A DNA stretch of 64,000 nucleotides from Takakia lepidozioides (GCA_030704615.1 CM060733.1:45012001-45076000), one strand, 5' to 3'. Positions 1-13,278 are shown, counted from the stretch's first letter. Program-made: numbers and translations. The notes: generated from the sequence alone by a model not told the origin.

Positions 1-1080
1 TAAAGTTTCATTGGTTGCTAGGTTGCAAGAACAAAACCATTAACAGCTAATACATTGTAAATGATGCACATCATTTATCTCGCTCAAAAAAACCACCTTG
101 TAAGCAACTCGAGACCAACTGTACAGTGTGATGATAACATACCACATGGAAGGTATATCTTGAAGTATTGTAATCACACTCAACCATCCCTCATCATGGA
201 GCCACCCCATACAATAATTGGTACTCTCTCTCTCTCTCTTTTCTCCTCTTTCTTGTGTCTCTTTCTGGCTCACCCACACACACACATACCAAAAAGGCAA
301 AAGGTTAGGGTTGCCAAATTTAAGAGTTAAAACTATTTTCATTATAAACCTTTTGATCATGGTGAGGAATTTGTCACACATAAGAAGTCATCATCAAAAT
401 TTTGACTGTAATTGGGATGATATGAATGCATGGATTGTATTTAAGGATGTATTTTGCAGTTCAGGTTTTGAGGCCAATGCATACTCTTTGTGCATAATTT
501 ACATTAAAGATTTTATATGCCCACAAAAGAAAAGGTAAAGCGATGACCTAATAGTCTATAAAGACTTTATGACCTGATAGTCAAGGTAAACGATGGAACG
601 TTCAAGCTTGAGATCTTTTTTGCCAATGCATGAGGTGTTTAGGGCATTGTGATTTCAATCCAAGTCGCTGAGGCCAACGCATTAAACTTGGTGAGGGTTG
701 TTAATTTATGACCAAGATCTTATTTGACATCAATTGTTAAGAGGAGTATACATCCGATCAAGGGCAAAGAATGAACTTGGTCAAGAGGTGTCATTTCCAA
801 ACCCTTGCAAGCGATTGATCATGTAATGTCAATGATGCAATTTGAAATCAAAATCATATAGTACAATGCATGCAAAATACAACAACATGATGTTTGTTGC
901 AGTGTGTTATGCAAAATCGCAGTAAGATTGTGAAATGAAACGGAAATGACGGCCCCAAATTTGGTGAGCGTTGTTTGTATATTTCAAGGGCCTACTCGAA
1001 AAGCACAATACTAGATGCTAGCCTCAGTGGGGATGGTGATGTATATCAGGTGCAGAGGGTTGCATCGGCATCCAATCACC

Positions 1081-3650
1081 ATGATAGCAAGTAAGGGGGA
1101 GGAGCGTAGGAAGAGCAAGTCAAGAAGGTACCTTCCGGTCCATTCTTTCATCCACAAAGTTCCGAGCCTCAAGAGGAGAGGAGTACACGCTCAAGGAATC
1201 TCTCTTTAACATTGAGGATGCTTCAGGAGGTGGAGGAACAAAAAGCTTGTTGAAGAATTACGCACAAAGAACTCTAGCTGACGCCACGCTTAAGCATCAT
1301 GATATTATCATTACCGTTCCCAGTCCTTACTCCTACTTTCATAAAATGTGTTTTTTTTTTTTGTGCGCGCAGTTAGCCCGGCGTTATTATGTCAAGCGTG
1401 ATATGACACATATTATTCATTGGACCCTCAATATTAACCCGCTTAAATTTTCTAGAGTTTCACTTTTGATCATATCTCACACTTATGAATTCTTTTAGTT
1501 GTCTGCATGTTGCACAGTCTAGAGAAGGGCACCAATTTAAGCGCGTATCTCTAGAAGACTCATTATGTTATATTTGTAATCAGAGAACAACTTTATATTT
1601 GAATGTTTATTGATATGAGGACAACAATATAATTAGGGATAATGCGTTTAGAGTAGAGGTCTATTGAACCTGTTAAATGATTATGTAGTGAAGTTTCAAG
1701 ATGTGCAGTTTGGTGGGGGGTTGCATTTGGTAGTTATGCTCACTCACTTTCACCTCTGTTGTCTCAATGAGCAGCTGGTATACGAGTCAATAGTCTCCAT
1801 AGATTGTGTCCAGCCTCTGTTTTTTGCAAGTTGAATAACAATTTCTGGACTGTGGTGGCTATTTGTTAGTGTCCTACTTTTCTGTCTTGTTCTTATTGCC
1901 CCATTTGAGTGATTTCCATGGAGTTACAAATTAGTCAACTATATGGAAAATATGTTGAAACAAAAAACTTATCGGCTACCTCTATGACTTCGATCATTTT
2001 AACTTTATTTTAGGCTTAATTGTTGTTTTATGAATTGTGGCAGTTTCTTGAAGGTGAGGAAGTATGATATTGATAAGGCAAAACAGAATCACAAGAGTGG
2101 GGCAAGCACTTGCTACAAACATGGCGCAAGGAGGAATATGGTACGACACAATTGAGGAGGTTAAATCAATCACACTTGGTGTAGATAGCACACATCGCGC
2201 TTGCAATGAAGTCTTTACTTGTTATTGGCAAAGCTATTGTTTTTCCGCCTCCTGGTCATTGCATTAGCAAGACAGAGAATTGATAGGGTGAAGCCGAACC
2301 TACATTCACTTTTAATAAATTTCCTTACAATTCATTTCAGGATTTTTGATTTCAAGGAGTTGGAAGAGGTTCAAGAGCATTATCCACAGGGCACATCATG
2401 GGTTAGACAAATAAGGCAGGACCAGTGTTACATTGAGGAGAATTGGCCTAAGGGATCCCGTGCAATGATGACAACCACGACGCTTGGAAAGATACTTGAA
2501 GTACATGTGCTTGAGTTGAGAAGACTCTCAACTAAAATTCCCGGCATGCTCCATTTGCTGCTAGCGTCACATTAGCATCTCCAGCACCTCGACAATTCTG
2601 GACGTAGGTGGAGCGGGTTAGGTAGGTTAGGTAACTCCGTCTTTTTTTACCAAAATTCTGGTAGGAGGGTTATATAGCATGCAGTGAGAAATGGTGTGGA
2701 TAAAAAAGTTTGCACCAAGCTGATTGAAGGGCATGGGATGTTTGGGAATGACAGACATTGCACGGCATGTTCATAATCAACGCTAGTGCAGGCTTCAGAA
2801 TGTTGTGGGGCACCATCAAAAGCTTTCTAGATCCTAGAACCACGACTAAGATCAATGTGCGTTGTCTTCTGAAATCCGGCAATTTCTACTGCTCCCATCA
2901 ATCCACACAAATGCATCCTTCTAGTTTGGCTTTCACAAAATTAAAGCTCCAATGATTAATAAGGGTTGACAAATTATCTTGTGCACCTACAACAAGTCAT
3001 CATTTCGAATAGGTGTCTTAAAATCATTTGCACTTAAAGATTTATGTAGAAATTGTAGTTTAATAGTGGAAAAAATCCTAAAAGACTAGAGAGATTGCAA
3101 TCTACAAACATTATTTACAAGCGTTCAGTGTATCGATTGATTGACTGCCAAAATCTTTATCAATTTTTCATCAAATACTTTTTTTTGTTTCGTCAACGCA
3201 ATCAAGCTTTCATTCACTTTAACAAATGATTGGAAAGCATGTCAGGTGCTTGGAGGCAGCTATAAGCACAAACTATTGGAAGTAATTGATGCAAGGTAGC
3301 TCATTTGTCATGGATGTCTTGGCACCATCCTTGCAGATATGGTTAGGCATCAGTCTAACCAATTTGCCAACCAATTTGTATTGCAATGTGGACTAATATC
3401 GCACTTGCTAGAAAGATAAATTTGTGTTGCAAAGTTGGTTGGCATATGAGGATTCAAGTGGAATTGTGCCATTTTTATCTTCAGTTGTTAGGTTGTTACC
3501 ACCGATAATAGAAATAATCATGTCCAAGCTTGGAATGTGGAAAAGCAGTCAATTGCCGCAGTTTTTGGGGGCAAGCTGTACATGTGCTCAAGAAGGTGGT
3601 TTGTCTATGCTCTGACCGGGGCCCTTGGAAGGATCCTACAATTTTGAAGG
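1081..3650 (+). pseudogene. SEC14/SFH-type phosphatidylinositol transfer protein pseudogene (multi-exon)
   Basis: Frameshifted exon remnants in the expected order: SLKRRG..FNIED..EVEEQK..KHHD (~1165-1310); FLKVRKYDIDKAKQ (2045-2090); DFDFKELEEVQEHYPQG (2341-2395); [33 protein letters not shown] (2758-2856); VLGGSYKHKLLEVIDA (3246-3295); SQLPQFLGASCTCAQEGG / CSDRGPWKDPTILK (3545-3648). Several GT/AG borders are retained. Confidence 0.9.
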
Positions 3651-3950
3651 TTTGCTTTGAGTTATATATATATATATATATATATTTTAATGTACCTTAT
3701 GATGTAGTGGCTTCTTGAACTCAGGTCTTTGTCATTGCTCTTACTTATCAAGTTGCATCTTGGCAGGCTGGTAAAGGAAGGCAGTTTTGGAAGGCGGCAA
3801 AACAAGGAGTGGGAGGGACAAGAAAGGAGAGGAAGAGCGCCAAGTAGACCCCCCCCAACGAGGAAGGGGCAGGGGCGGGCACTCGCGGAGCAAAGAAGAA
3901 AGAACACATCTCTCTATCTTTTTTTTGTGAAAAAAGCCCAAATCACACTT

Positions 3951-5704
3951 TTACAACAAATTTTTAGAGTATAGCAGAGACACCAATTTAGCAGAGACTC
4001 CACTTCCCTCCGCAACTGTGGACATCTTGAATAAGAACACTTTCAACGAACCCTGACTAGGGGTAACATTGTCTTGAATGAAGTCGCACAGGCTTCTCCG
4101 CTTCAACTCCAGGATGCTATCCATATAACATGTGCTGCCTGTTCCCAGTCTGAGTGCGTTGATCTGGTTGCGTACATTGGGTGAACTAAGGGTCGAGAAA
4201 TAGTCCATAACGACGTCCAATTTTTCGCTGTCCAGTTTTCAATGTTCTCTTCGCTCCTCCTAGAATGTTGTTTTGCAAGACAGCTCCTGGCTTGCAGAAA
4301 GTTGCAATTGCAGATGGCGGTGCATAAGGAGCATTCTCCACCTCATGCCGTAGACGTCCCCAAATTGTTTTAAGACTTTCTCGACAATCCCCTTTCAATA
4401 TGGGGTGGGTATGATTGCCGAGATGAACACAAGCTCGGGTAAGGCCGCGAAAACGATGGAGCACATAGTACATGCAGGCCTTGCATATGCCAATGCATGT
4501 TGGGGCCGTTTAGCAATATTTGCAGAGCAACGTCATGTTTTTAGGAGGTGGCACCCCACCTCGAATGGGTTATCCGCGCAACCCTCCCACTCCGTCTCGT
4601 TTGGGGAGCCTCTCAATGACAGGTAGTTGCAGCCTTCATTTCCACAACGGAGGTGCCCAACGCAGATTGATCTACGGAAAGACAAGCCATGAGGGTTATG
4701 TATGTTGGTTGTCTTAGTTCGACACCAAGGGTGTCCGTCGTGCTTCTTGTCCATCCCTTGCATGAGTCCCGCCAAACCTCGACATGACATCGGAGGTGGC
4801 AGCTCAAAAACCACATCTCCATCAAATTCTGTGGGAAGGTATTTTGCTCTTACAATATTTATTGTCCCCCATGCAATTCCACGCACGTCACTTCTGTAGT
4901 TTGGCAAGCATTTCATAGACTGCAACTTTGGAACGACACTGCCTATCTCCTACACATCTGGTTTTTCGACAGAAAATAGGTGTGTTGGAGGTGGTGGAAT
5001 CTCAGAGATGTCGTCGTCACCGGAGCTTTCCAAGAGATCGACAAAAGCCGTCGAAGTGTTGGTGTCATCTTTTTTAATTGTAGCAGGTGTGAAGGCCGGA
5101 GCTACCGAAGCGGTAGTCCTGGTGTGAGTGTTGAACCTGCAGATGAACGTTGTTGATCCCCCTACACGCAGTAAGTGCTCGCTGGAACTCTCCATTGTCT
5201 AACACGATCATCGCACACGAATGGCTCCATAATCATCATACTGTCGACCCTACCAGCAGAGTCGTGCACTTCTTTCTCCACATGCACAGTTCCAACTTGT
5301 AGATCCAAGCTTCTACTGAGGACATCCTCTCCCACGGTTGTCATCCCATTGGCGTCTGGCACTTTGGTGAGGGGGAGCGATTTGTAAGCACAGCAGAATT
5401 TTACCAACTCACCTGTGAGAGCCATTCGTAAAGCAGAGAAGAGTATGGGAACAATGTCCAACAAAGTGTGCCAACACTGGAGCAACGAGCCGTACGTCTG
5501 TGGATAGCAACAAACAACTTGATCGAAGCGCCCATACATGAACGTCACCACCGGTGCATGGCTAGCTGGATGAGCAGTTTCATTCCACTTTGCACCAGGC
5601 CATCTATCCTCATCCATCCACATTACCCATCTGACAAGGTATTCTATGTAATCATTAACTGCCTGTATCCAACGGTTTTTTATAGACACCAGCCGTCCAA
5701 CCAC
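3951..5704 (-). mobile_element. Degenerate DNA-transposon ORF with GCM-like zinc domain (probable MULE-related transposase, 3'-truncated)
   Basis: Joined minus-strand ORFs read DGHPWCRTKTTNIHNPHGLSFRRSICVGHLRCGNEGC...LLCKYC*TAPTCIGICKACMYYV...RACVHLGNHTHP. This follows the GCM pattern (W..NTNN..KSCLG..C...C / C..C...C...G.H.HP). It contains frameshifts and a stop, and ends at ...FLFKMSTVAEGSGV before any DDE core. Confidence 0.65.
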
Positions 5705-6699
5705 CCGTTCATTCTATCTTAAGATGTGATGTGTCATAACTGTAGATGAAAAACAGCTAGGATGAAATTGTTTTACTTGTTTTACTTTAATTGTTTCGAA
5801 TGAGCAGAGGACGTGGAGAAGACACCACCATTGAAGCGACAACCAAAAATTCCCATAGGCGCGTACGCCAGTTTTAAAACAACCTTATTTTAACACGACT
5901 CTGGACCGTTCAGGGACGACGCGCCTTGCATGTAGATGCTCCACGCCACCCCGCCGCTTCTCCACAAAGCTGGCATCTTGGCGCAGTTGGGGCGGGGGAG
6001 AGGCAAGTGCTCTCCCTCTTTCTCGCACCGCTTTTTTCCTTTTTAGCTGCAATCCTGGATCCAGTCGATAGCGAGACTCCCTCTCGACCTAGAAGAAGAC
6101 ACCGCCAAACTCTGTACTTCACATCTAACAAACAAAGGCTACGGGCTGATTCCCCTGCTCGCCTCTTGCCTAGTTTCGGTGTCTCATGTGAAGCAGAGCA
6201 ACCATGGAAAAGTTACTATGATTTGAGAGAGTGCACAAAAAGGGTTGGGGCGTAAAGGGAAAGACGAATGTGATGGATACCTCCACTTTGGTCTCCCCTG
6301 CTTGCTTTCCGAGGTTCAACATTGCGTTGACGTCTTCCTCGGGGTCTGTGGGAAGTCCTTCTTGCATCTGCTCCTGAGGCTGGACTTCAGCTGTGACCTG
6401 GTCGGGCTGCATCTGCGTCTGCTCGTGTGTTCCCACAACCTTCTACACGCCTTCAGATTCCCGAGAGGTAGACGACCTCTGTGCTGCGTCTGCCCTTTGC
6501 AAGGAAATCACTCCAGGTTCAGAGTGGCCATGCCCCCTCAAACCACTTGACGATGGCTCCTCCTTCCTCTTCTAAAATGAGCTTCCTCCTCATCCTCTCT
6601 CTCTCTCTCTCTCTCGCTCTTCTCCTCTCTCTCACCAAGGTGAAGTACAAAGTCTGCCCAAGTCATTTTTGGTGAACCACCATAGGAACCGTGAACCTA

Positions 6700-8268
6700 T
6701 GTGATGAGTTGCGCCTCCAGTCTTGCCCAAATCAGCCACACCGCAACTTATGGGCTTTGGCCATCCACCAGAATGCTCTAACGATCTTCTTTGCGCAAGA
6801 AACCACGGATATCCATCATGCGGTATTTCTTTTCTCCATAAATCGGACCACTATGGCGCTACAGCTTCTCACAGATCAACATCTAGAGATTCCACTCATC
6901 CCATTGACTCAAATAAGGGTCCCTACCCTCCAAAGCGGTCGACCCGATTCCAACAGCCATGGACTCTCTGCCAGTGTGGCTGCAAACCAACAGATTATTT
7001 TGGATCTTGGGGAGACCATTGGCCGAACTCCCCCTGGACCCAGATGAATGGTCTTGGAATTTCCCCAGAGGGCCTCACCCCTTCTACACTTATTCAACCA
7101 AGAAGGGCTACCAAGCCATCCAGAACGCCCAGCCCATGCAGTCCAAATGGGATACAAGATGGCAACACCATGGGTTCCAAAACGAAAAATGGTCAATAGT
7201 CTGGGCTTTGGTTTGGATCAAGACCCGCCCGGCCAAGGTGGCAGCCCTTCTCTGGCAGATCGCCAACAGAGTGCTTAAGGTCGGAGAATGGCTTCAATTC
7301 CAATCAGCCATCCTTTGACAATGTTGTCGAACAGGTATTCTGGAATCTATAGAGCATGCGCTCCTTACCTGCCTAGCCCCTAGGAACATCTGGCCCTTCA
7401 TCAAAGGTTTCTACCATCACTGGAGCCCAAGGTGTCTCTCAGTCACGGACCTGCTGCTAAACTATGACCCCTTCACGAAGCAAAAAGCCATCTCGTGCCA
7501 TGTGTTTGAATCTCTTAGGGGCTCGGTCTTGTGGCATCTTTGGAAAGTCAGATCATGTCAAAATCATTCTCTAACTCCACCTCCTCAATCTCCACCATTT
7601 TGGCCCTTGTTTTCTATGATTTGAGCATCGAGTCACGCAAAGCCTGGGTTAAACTTTGTGCAGATATGCAATGCAATTCGCAAGGAGCTCCTGCCATCTA
7701 CGAGAAATTCAGGAACACCTGGGCTCACCACGAGCTCATCTGTGTCACCACTTCAGATGACTCCTGTACATGGCCAGAGCTTCCACCCCTACATTGGAGA
7801 AACAAACGCTCAACAGTCCACAATATCCCCGGAGTTTGATCATGAGGTCAATTGGAAACACTTGAAGACCTCGGCAAAACCTCGAGACTCAACTATCGCT
7901 GAACAGTTTGAGCCAAGAAGGATAGATCGTGGCTAATCCCTAGGGAATCCTTTGGTCGGATAAGGCCTTAAAGGCAACTTGATCTCCATAACTCTTTTTC
8001 CTACCCCTGTTTGATGGTAATTTACTGTTTTGATTCAGTTTTCATGGTCTCCCTTGCTTAGTTGCATTTGAGGCTGCAATGTTCGCCAGTTAAATTCCAC
8101 ACCACAGTTCTCTTTTCACTGATTACGGTGTGTGTGCCTTATGGCGTCTAAGGGGTTTTTATTTCCCCCCCCCCCCCCCCCCCCCCCGAATAATCCCAAA
8201 TAATATGTAAGGGCTTTGTCCCACAAATACATTACAATAAAGTTAACCAGGGCCAAATCCCCCTGTTG

Positions 8269-8270
<2 letters not shown>
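6700..8270 (+). mobile_element. Non-LTR (L1/Tx1-like) retrotransposon 3' fragment, family A
   Basis: zf-RVT-type C-terminus: VAALLWQIANRVLKVGEW..CC..GILESIEHALLTC..IWPF..SVLWHLWKVR, followed by a 3' UTR ending CTGTTGAC directly against (AT)n. The 5' boundary is approximate. Confidence 0.85.

Positions 8271-8296
<26 letters not shown>
8271..8296. repeat. (AT)n microsatellite
   Basis: Direct read; mirrored by (TA)n at 31554-31576. Confidence 0.95.
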
Positions 8297-8299
<3 letters not shown>

Positions 8300-8735
8300 G
8301 AAAGTGACCGCCACACTGACGGTCGCTTAAACTTCAAAATATAAAGATTAAAAGCGACCGTTGTACTGGCGGTCGTTATATTTTCAAAATATTAAGAATA
8401 AAAACGACCACCATCTTGGCGGTCGTTTTATTTTTAATATATAAAAAAATGAAGCGACCGCCATATTTACGGTTGTGTCATTTTAAAAATATAATAAATA
8501 AACACCATAATAAATATAAGCAACCGAAATACCGGCGGTCGCATTATATTTAGAAATAAAAAATAATCGGGACTGCCATACGGGCAGTCACTTAAATTTA
8601 GAAATATAAAAACTAAAAGTGACTGCAATATTTTTGAAAATCAAAAGAAATAAAAACGACCGTTACAATATTGGCAGCCACTTGTGTTTTATAAAAAATA
8701 AAAATAGCGACCGCAGTATGAGCGGTCGCTTGATT
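8297..8735. repeat. Array of ~9 palindromic units GCGACCGCC-N6-GGCGGTCGC with AT-rich spacers (~50-bp period); probable transposon terminal/subterminal repeats
   Basis: Units include gtgaccgccacactgacggtcgc, gcgaccgttgtactggcggtcg, acgaccaccatcttggcggtcgt, gactgccatacgggcagtc and agcgaccgcagtatgagcggtcgct. A shorter inverted copy lies at 31417-31548. Confidence 0.85.
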
Positions 8736-9155
8736 TTAAAATTATAACAAATATGGTTGTATTCGGGTGGACGCTATTGGTCGGTCATATTTTTATTTCA
8801 TTTTCATTTCATGTTCATTTCACTTTTATCATTCCTGGAGCATATATAAGGGAGGAGTATCATCAAGCTCCTTGGCGCAGACACTTGAGGTTGCTTTGGA
8901 TGTTCTCTTCCATTGAATGAGAGTGTAGCCCAAGAGGTCGGTGCTCACCTTTTGCCGTTGTGGCTTCCACCAAAACCACTTCAGCAGAGTGTGTATAAGC
9001 TCAACACTACAACGTGCATCGACCCGCTTGGGTTGGTGACAAGTGTAGAAGTGTTGGGCTGTCGCATAACATTCTACATTCACAGGCTCATATATAAGTC
9101 ACTGTTTTTTGTTGCTTACATCACTTGGGCCCAGGGAAGTGGATATTGGGTAAAG

Positions 9156-10850
9156 ATGAGGGAGGAATGGAGCCCTTTGTATACGGTAATCCTGAACACT
9201 GTCAGTGCCACTGAAACTGTTGGGTGTAACCTATGTGGACTATAGTTTTCTTATCGTAAGGATCGGCTGTTCGCTCACCTCAGCTATAGAGGTATGAAAA
9301 ACAATGGGGTAGGTTTATGCCCAAAAGCATCTATGTGGGTAAAAAATCATTTTGCCCAGTGTGGAGGCAATATTCCAATGTCTCTGGATCTCGACACGAC
9401 CTCTGAACAGAACACTCTATCTTCTCGTCAGGATGCCCCGATTAGTACTCAAGGGGACACTTGTGAGGCTTCAGGTATCCTTGGACAAGTGGGTTGCTTC
9501 AACACCTCTTTGTACCCATACACTTCAACAGAGTAGAGGATTACGGCAACAATCCATGCAGGAAGACTTTAACTTGTCTGCGAAAAGACAGTTGGATAAA
9601 AATGGACGCAATTTTTCTTTGAGGCCAACATACCGTTTAATGTGGCTTGCAAAGCTTCCGACATTTGTTTCTGCCGTTAGAGCAACCTCGGAATCCAAAT
9701 CCACGTACGTTTCTATTTCTTATCATAATCTCCGTACATGATTGCTAGAAGACACCATGACAGAGCTTACACAAAATGTCAACGATAGTGACGGGCGAGT
9801 CTATAAGAAAATATGGAAGCACTATATGTGCCGATGGATGGTGTTCTGTTACAAACAGACCATTGTTCAATGTCATGCTCGTATGTCCAGCTGGGAAACA
9901 GTTCTTGGGATTGATGGACACTAGTGTCGAGAAAACAAATGGACGTTATCAATGTGGGCTATTGACGAACTTCATCGAACAGGTCGGAAGTGATAAAATC
10001 GTGCAAATATGCACGGATAATGCCGCTAACGTGAGGAATACTGCAGACATTTTATTGGCACGATATCCCCATATGTACTACCAAGGTTGTGCAGCTTATA
10101 TCCTTGACATCCTTTTGGAAGATTGGGGAAAAAACAGTGGGTGAAACAATTTATGCGGCGAGCGAAGACCGTTGTGTCGTTCATCCACACACACTACATC
10201 CTTTTGACAATATATAAGAGGCTTGAACAAAAATACAGCCTTTGGAATCCAGACGAAACTTGTTTTGTCACTAACTTCTTGATGGTGGATCGGTTAGTGA
10301 CGGTGAAGAGCATTATTGAGCACACCATCATCGATCCTCAATGGGAGGCGTATACACGGACGTTGCGAGACTCGAGAAAAGCCAAGTCATTGGGCAAAAG
10401 ACGAAAGGTTCACAACACCATTCACAACGATGATTTCTGGAAGAAATGTGAGAACTTTGTTTATATGGTAGAGCCGGTGCTAATTGTCTTGCGGGAGTTT
10501 GATGGAAAACAACCAGTAATGGGCAAGACATGGTTATTAATGCAAAATCTAGAGAAGTAGGTCCAATCCTTGAGGCATCATCCTTTCTCCTTGGAACCTT
10601 AACTTGCGGACAGTGCCGAGGATGCATTTTACGAGCGTCGGTCAATGGTTCAATCCGGCATGTCCTTGAAAGGGTCGCGGCGATATGAAAAACACTGGTA
10701 CTCGGATATAGCTCTCTCTGTCATGTTTATAAGAGCCAGTCGCATGAGCACTCGTACAAGGCCGGCCTTGGCATCATTGCCGAACAGTAATGGATTGAGC
10801 AAAGCCCCCGACGCATGAGCAGCTCATAAATATGCCAAACTGCGTGGTTA
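9156..10850 (+). mobile_element. hAT-family transposase pseudogene (BED finger + DUF659-type domain)
   Basis: CNLCGL*FSYRKDRLFAHL (BED); STICADGW..RPLFNVM; IVQICTDNAAN..YPHMYYQGCAAYILDILLEDWGK; ETCFVTNFLMVDRL; FWKKC..VEPVLIVLREFDG. Multiple frameshifts; the last ~170 bp (HASGALLNP..) is inverted onto the minus strand. Confidence 0.9.
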
Positions 10851-11279
10851 TGTCAAGTTATGCGAAGCCCGTGTAGGTATATTGGCTGAGGTGGTGAGGT
10901 CAGGTCTCACACACCTGGTGGGTATATGAGCATAGTTGACACTTCGGGGATGGGTATAATCGTGGTCAGAATATGTGCTTGCGTTGGTGGACCATATAGT
11001 GGGCGTATTTGAATTTGAGGGTTTATCGTATTTGTGCATCATTTGTAGCTTTGGTGTGCCAAAAGTAATTATACAGCTTATGGTGGAGGACATTGGATAT
11101 TTATGTCCATTTTTGGATGTGGACTTTGGTGTGGCTTATAAACGTCAGAGCTTGTTAGTTAGCTTCTTGGGTGAGAATGTTCGATAGATTGCATATTGGG
11201 CGGGGGGGGGGGGGTTAAGCACAGGGTGCATCAGCCAAACTGGGTGAGTATGCGATATGGATGGGCTCGTCCGTGGGGG

Positions 11280-13270
11280 TTTTAGTAATTTATTAGCTTA
11301 TTATTAAGAAAATAGGTGGGTTAGATTGGTAAATGTGTGTTGACAATGTCCATGACGAACACACAAGTGACTCACGTGTATATTTTAACTAATCATGACT
11401 CAATTGCATGAACAATAATAATCTACTTTAATTTATTATTGGGCATCTAAATTAGGTGGTGAATTTGTGTAAGTTAGGTTGCACTAAGTGTGTATTTACA
11501 ATGTCTGTTAATAACGCAATGCTCAGGTGTATTAACTAATTCATTACAGGAACAATAATTTATTAGCTTATTATTAGATAAAATTAGGTGGGTTAGGTTG
11601 GTGGGTATGTGTTGACAATCTCTATTAAGAACACACAAGTGACTTAAGCGTATTACCTAATCAATTGCATGAACAACAAGAATTACTAACTTATTATTGG
11701 ACATATAAATTAGGTGGTATATGTGCAGGTTAGGTTGCACTAAAGAGTGTGTTGACAATGCCGAGGTTGGGTAGCATGTGAGCAGGCTCACGTCAGCGGC
11801 CATGAGCACAAATAAATATTCCGCATATTCCAAAAGATTCTTGAGAATATGCTATTATGAAACCCAAATGCGCTCACACGGTAAGAAATATGAAACTATT
11901 TGAAAACTCTGCTTATGCGAAAAAATTCATGAAATTAGCACAATGACCCACAAATATATATGCCAGAACTCAAAGATCAGCGCACGTAAACAATGTGGTA
12001 TTTGATAACATTGTGTTTAGAACATCCCCAATAACCACCCAAAAAATGGGTTTTGTCGGCAAAATGCAAATGGGTTTTTGCCTAGTTTCGCCAGCGAAAG
12101 GTTCGAATGATCTGACAAGTGCATGTGCATTCTGATCTTCACGTTTAAGTTATATTCAGATTCGATGTATCCCCTATTAACGCAGTAAAGTCCCTATGTC
12201 CGCCTATTATTTGTATTTCTGCTGATGTACATATTACCCCCATAACCGTTGATTCTACTCACGAGGCCATTTTTTTTGTGCTCACGTCGTTTCTCTTAAC
12301 TCAGTGCTCGCGCGATACCAACCCCCGACAATGTCTATAAAAAACACAATGCTTAAGTGTATTAACTAATTCATTACAGAAACAATAAGAATTTATTAGA
12401 CTATTATTCGGCAATTCTTGGTGGATTAGGTTGTTACACATGTGCTGACAATGTCTGTCAAGAATACACGAGTCTGGTATATTAACTAATCAATTGTGCG
12501 AACAATATGATTATATTAGCTTATTATTGGGCATATAAACTAGGTGGTCACTGTGTGCACATTAGGTTGCTAAATATGTGTTGACAATGTGTGTCAAAAA
12601 ATACAATGTGCTCAGGTGTATTAACTAATTCATTACAAGAACGACAAGACTTTACTAGCTTATTATTAGGCAAATTAGGGTGGGTTAGGTTTCTAAGTGT
12701 CTGTTGACAATGTTTGTCAAGAACGTGCTCATAAAAATACACTTAGGTATATTAACTAATTAGTTATATGAACACCAAAAAATCTACCCGTTTACTATTG
12801 GATATATTTGGGTGGTCATTGTACGTGGGTTAGGTTGCTAGGGGTGTTTACAATGTCTATCGAAACACACTCACGTATATTAATTAATCAAATAAAAAAA
12901 CTATTAATTTATTATTGGGCATATTTAGTGGGGTCAATGTGTGCAAGTTTGGTAGTAGAGTTTTTTTAAGTTACTTGATATGTGTGTTTAATAATGTCAA
13001 GTACACACTCACATGTTAATTAAGTTTTACGGAGGTTACAAATAGCTTATTATTGCGTATATTTAGTTGGTCTAATTCTAAATAATAATGATTAATGGTT
13101 TAGGATTTAACTCTAAGTGTTAAATAGTTACATGAACAACAACATATTATCATATTATCATGCATTAGATGTTATTTTGTAAAGGTCTTATAGCATTGCT
13201 AATCGTGTGTTGACAATAATTATGTCTAGAAAATATCTCCAGACAGTCATGTGTTAATTAGTTACAGAAA
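11280..13270. repeat. Degenerate ~120-bp tandem repeat tract
   Basis: Recurring motifs TATTAACTAAT, TTATTATTGGGCA, TAGGTGG..TAGGTTG and GTGTTGACAATG at ~120-bp spacing. Also present at 42815-43170 and 45385-47480. Confidence 0.8.
11763..12325. mobile_element. MITE with imperfect ~22-bp TIRs and ~10-bp TSD (Mutator-like)
   Basis: Ends GAGGTTGGGTAGCATGTGAGCA ... TGCTCGCGCGATACCAACCCC; flanks TGACAATGCC / (C/T)GACAATGTC. Other copies at 42304-42814 (5'-truncated), 43173-43735 and 45870-46429. Confidence 0.75.
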
Positions 13271-13278
13271 CAACAACT

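Noticed and set aside
1-1000. Short overlapping ORFs at the window start
   Set aside because: Low-complexity (CT/CA repeats) translations with no motifs.
6170-6650. Acidic/Gln-rich minus-strand ORF next to a (CT)n tract
   Set aside because: No recognisable family, and an upstream in-frame stop is present.
8110-8170. Possible hammerhead ribozyme (CTGA in LINE 3' UTRs, also ~58936)
   Set aside because: No CUGANGA plus GAAA core or three-stem closure could be built.
8297-8735. CRISPR-like appearance (palindromic repeats with spacers)
   Set aside because: Repeats are degenerate, spacers are mutually similar A/T tracts, there are no cas genes and the context is eukaryotic.
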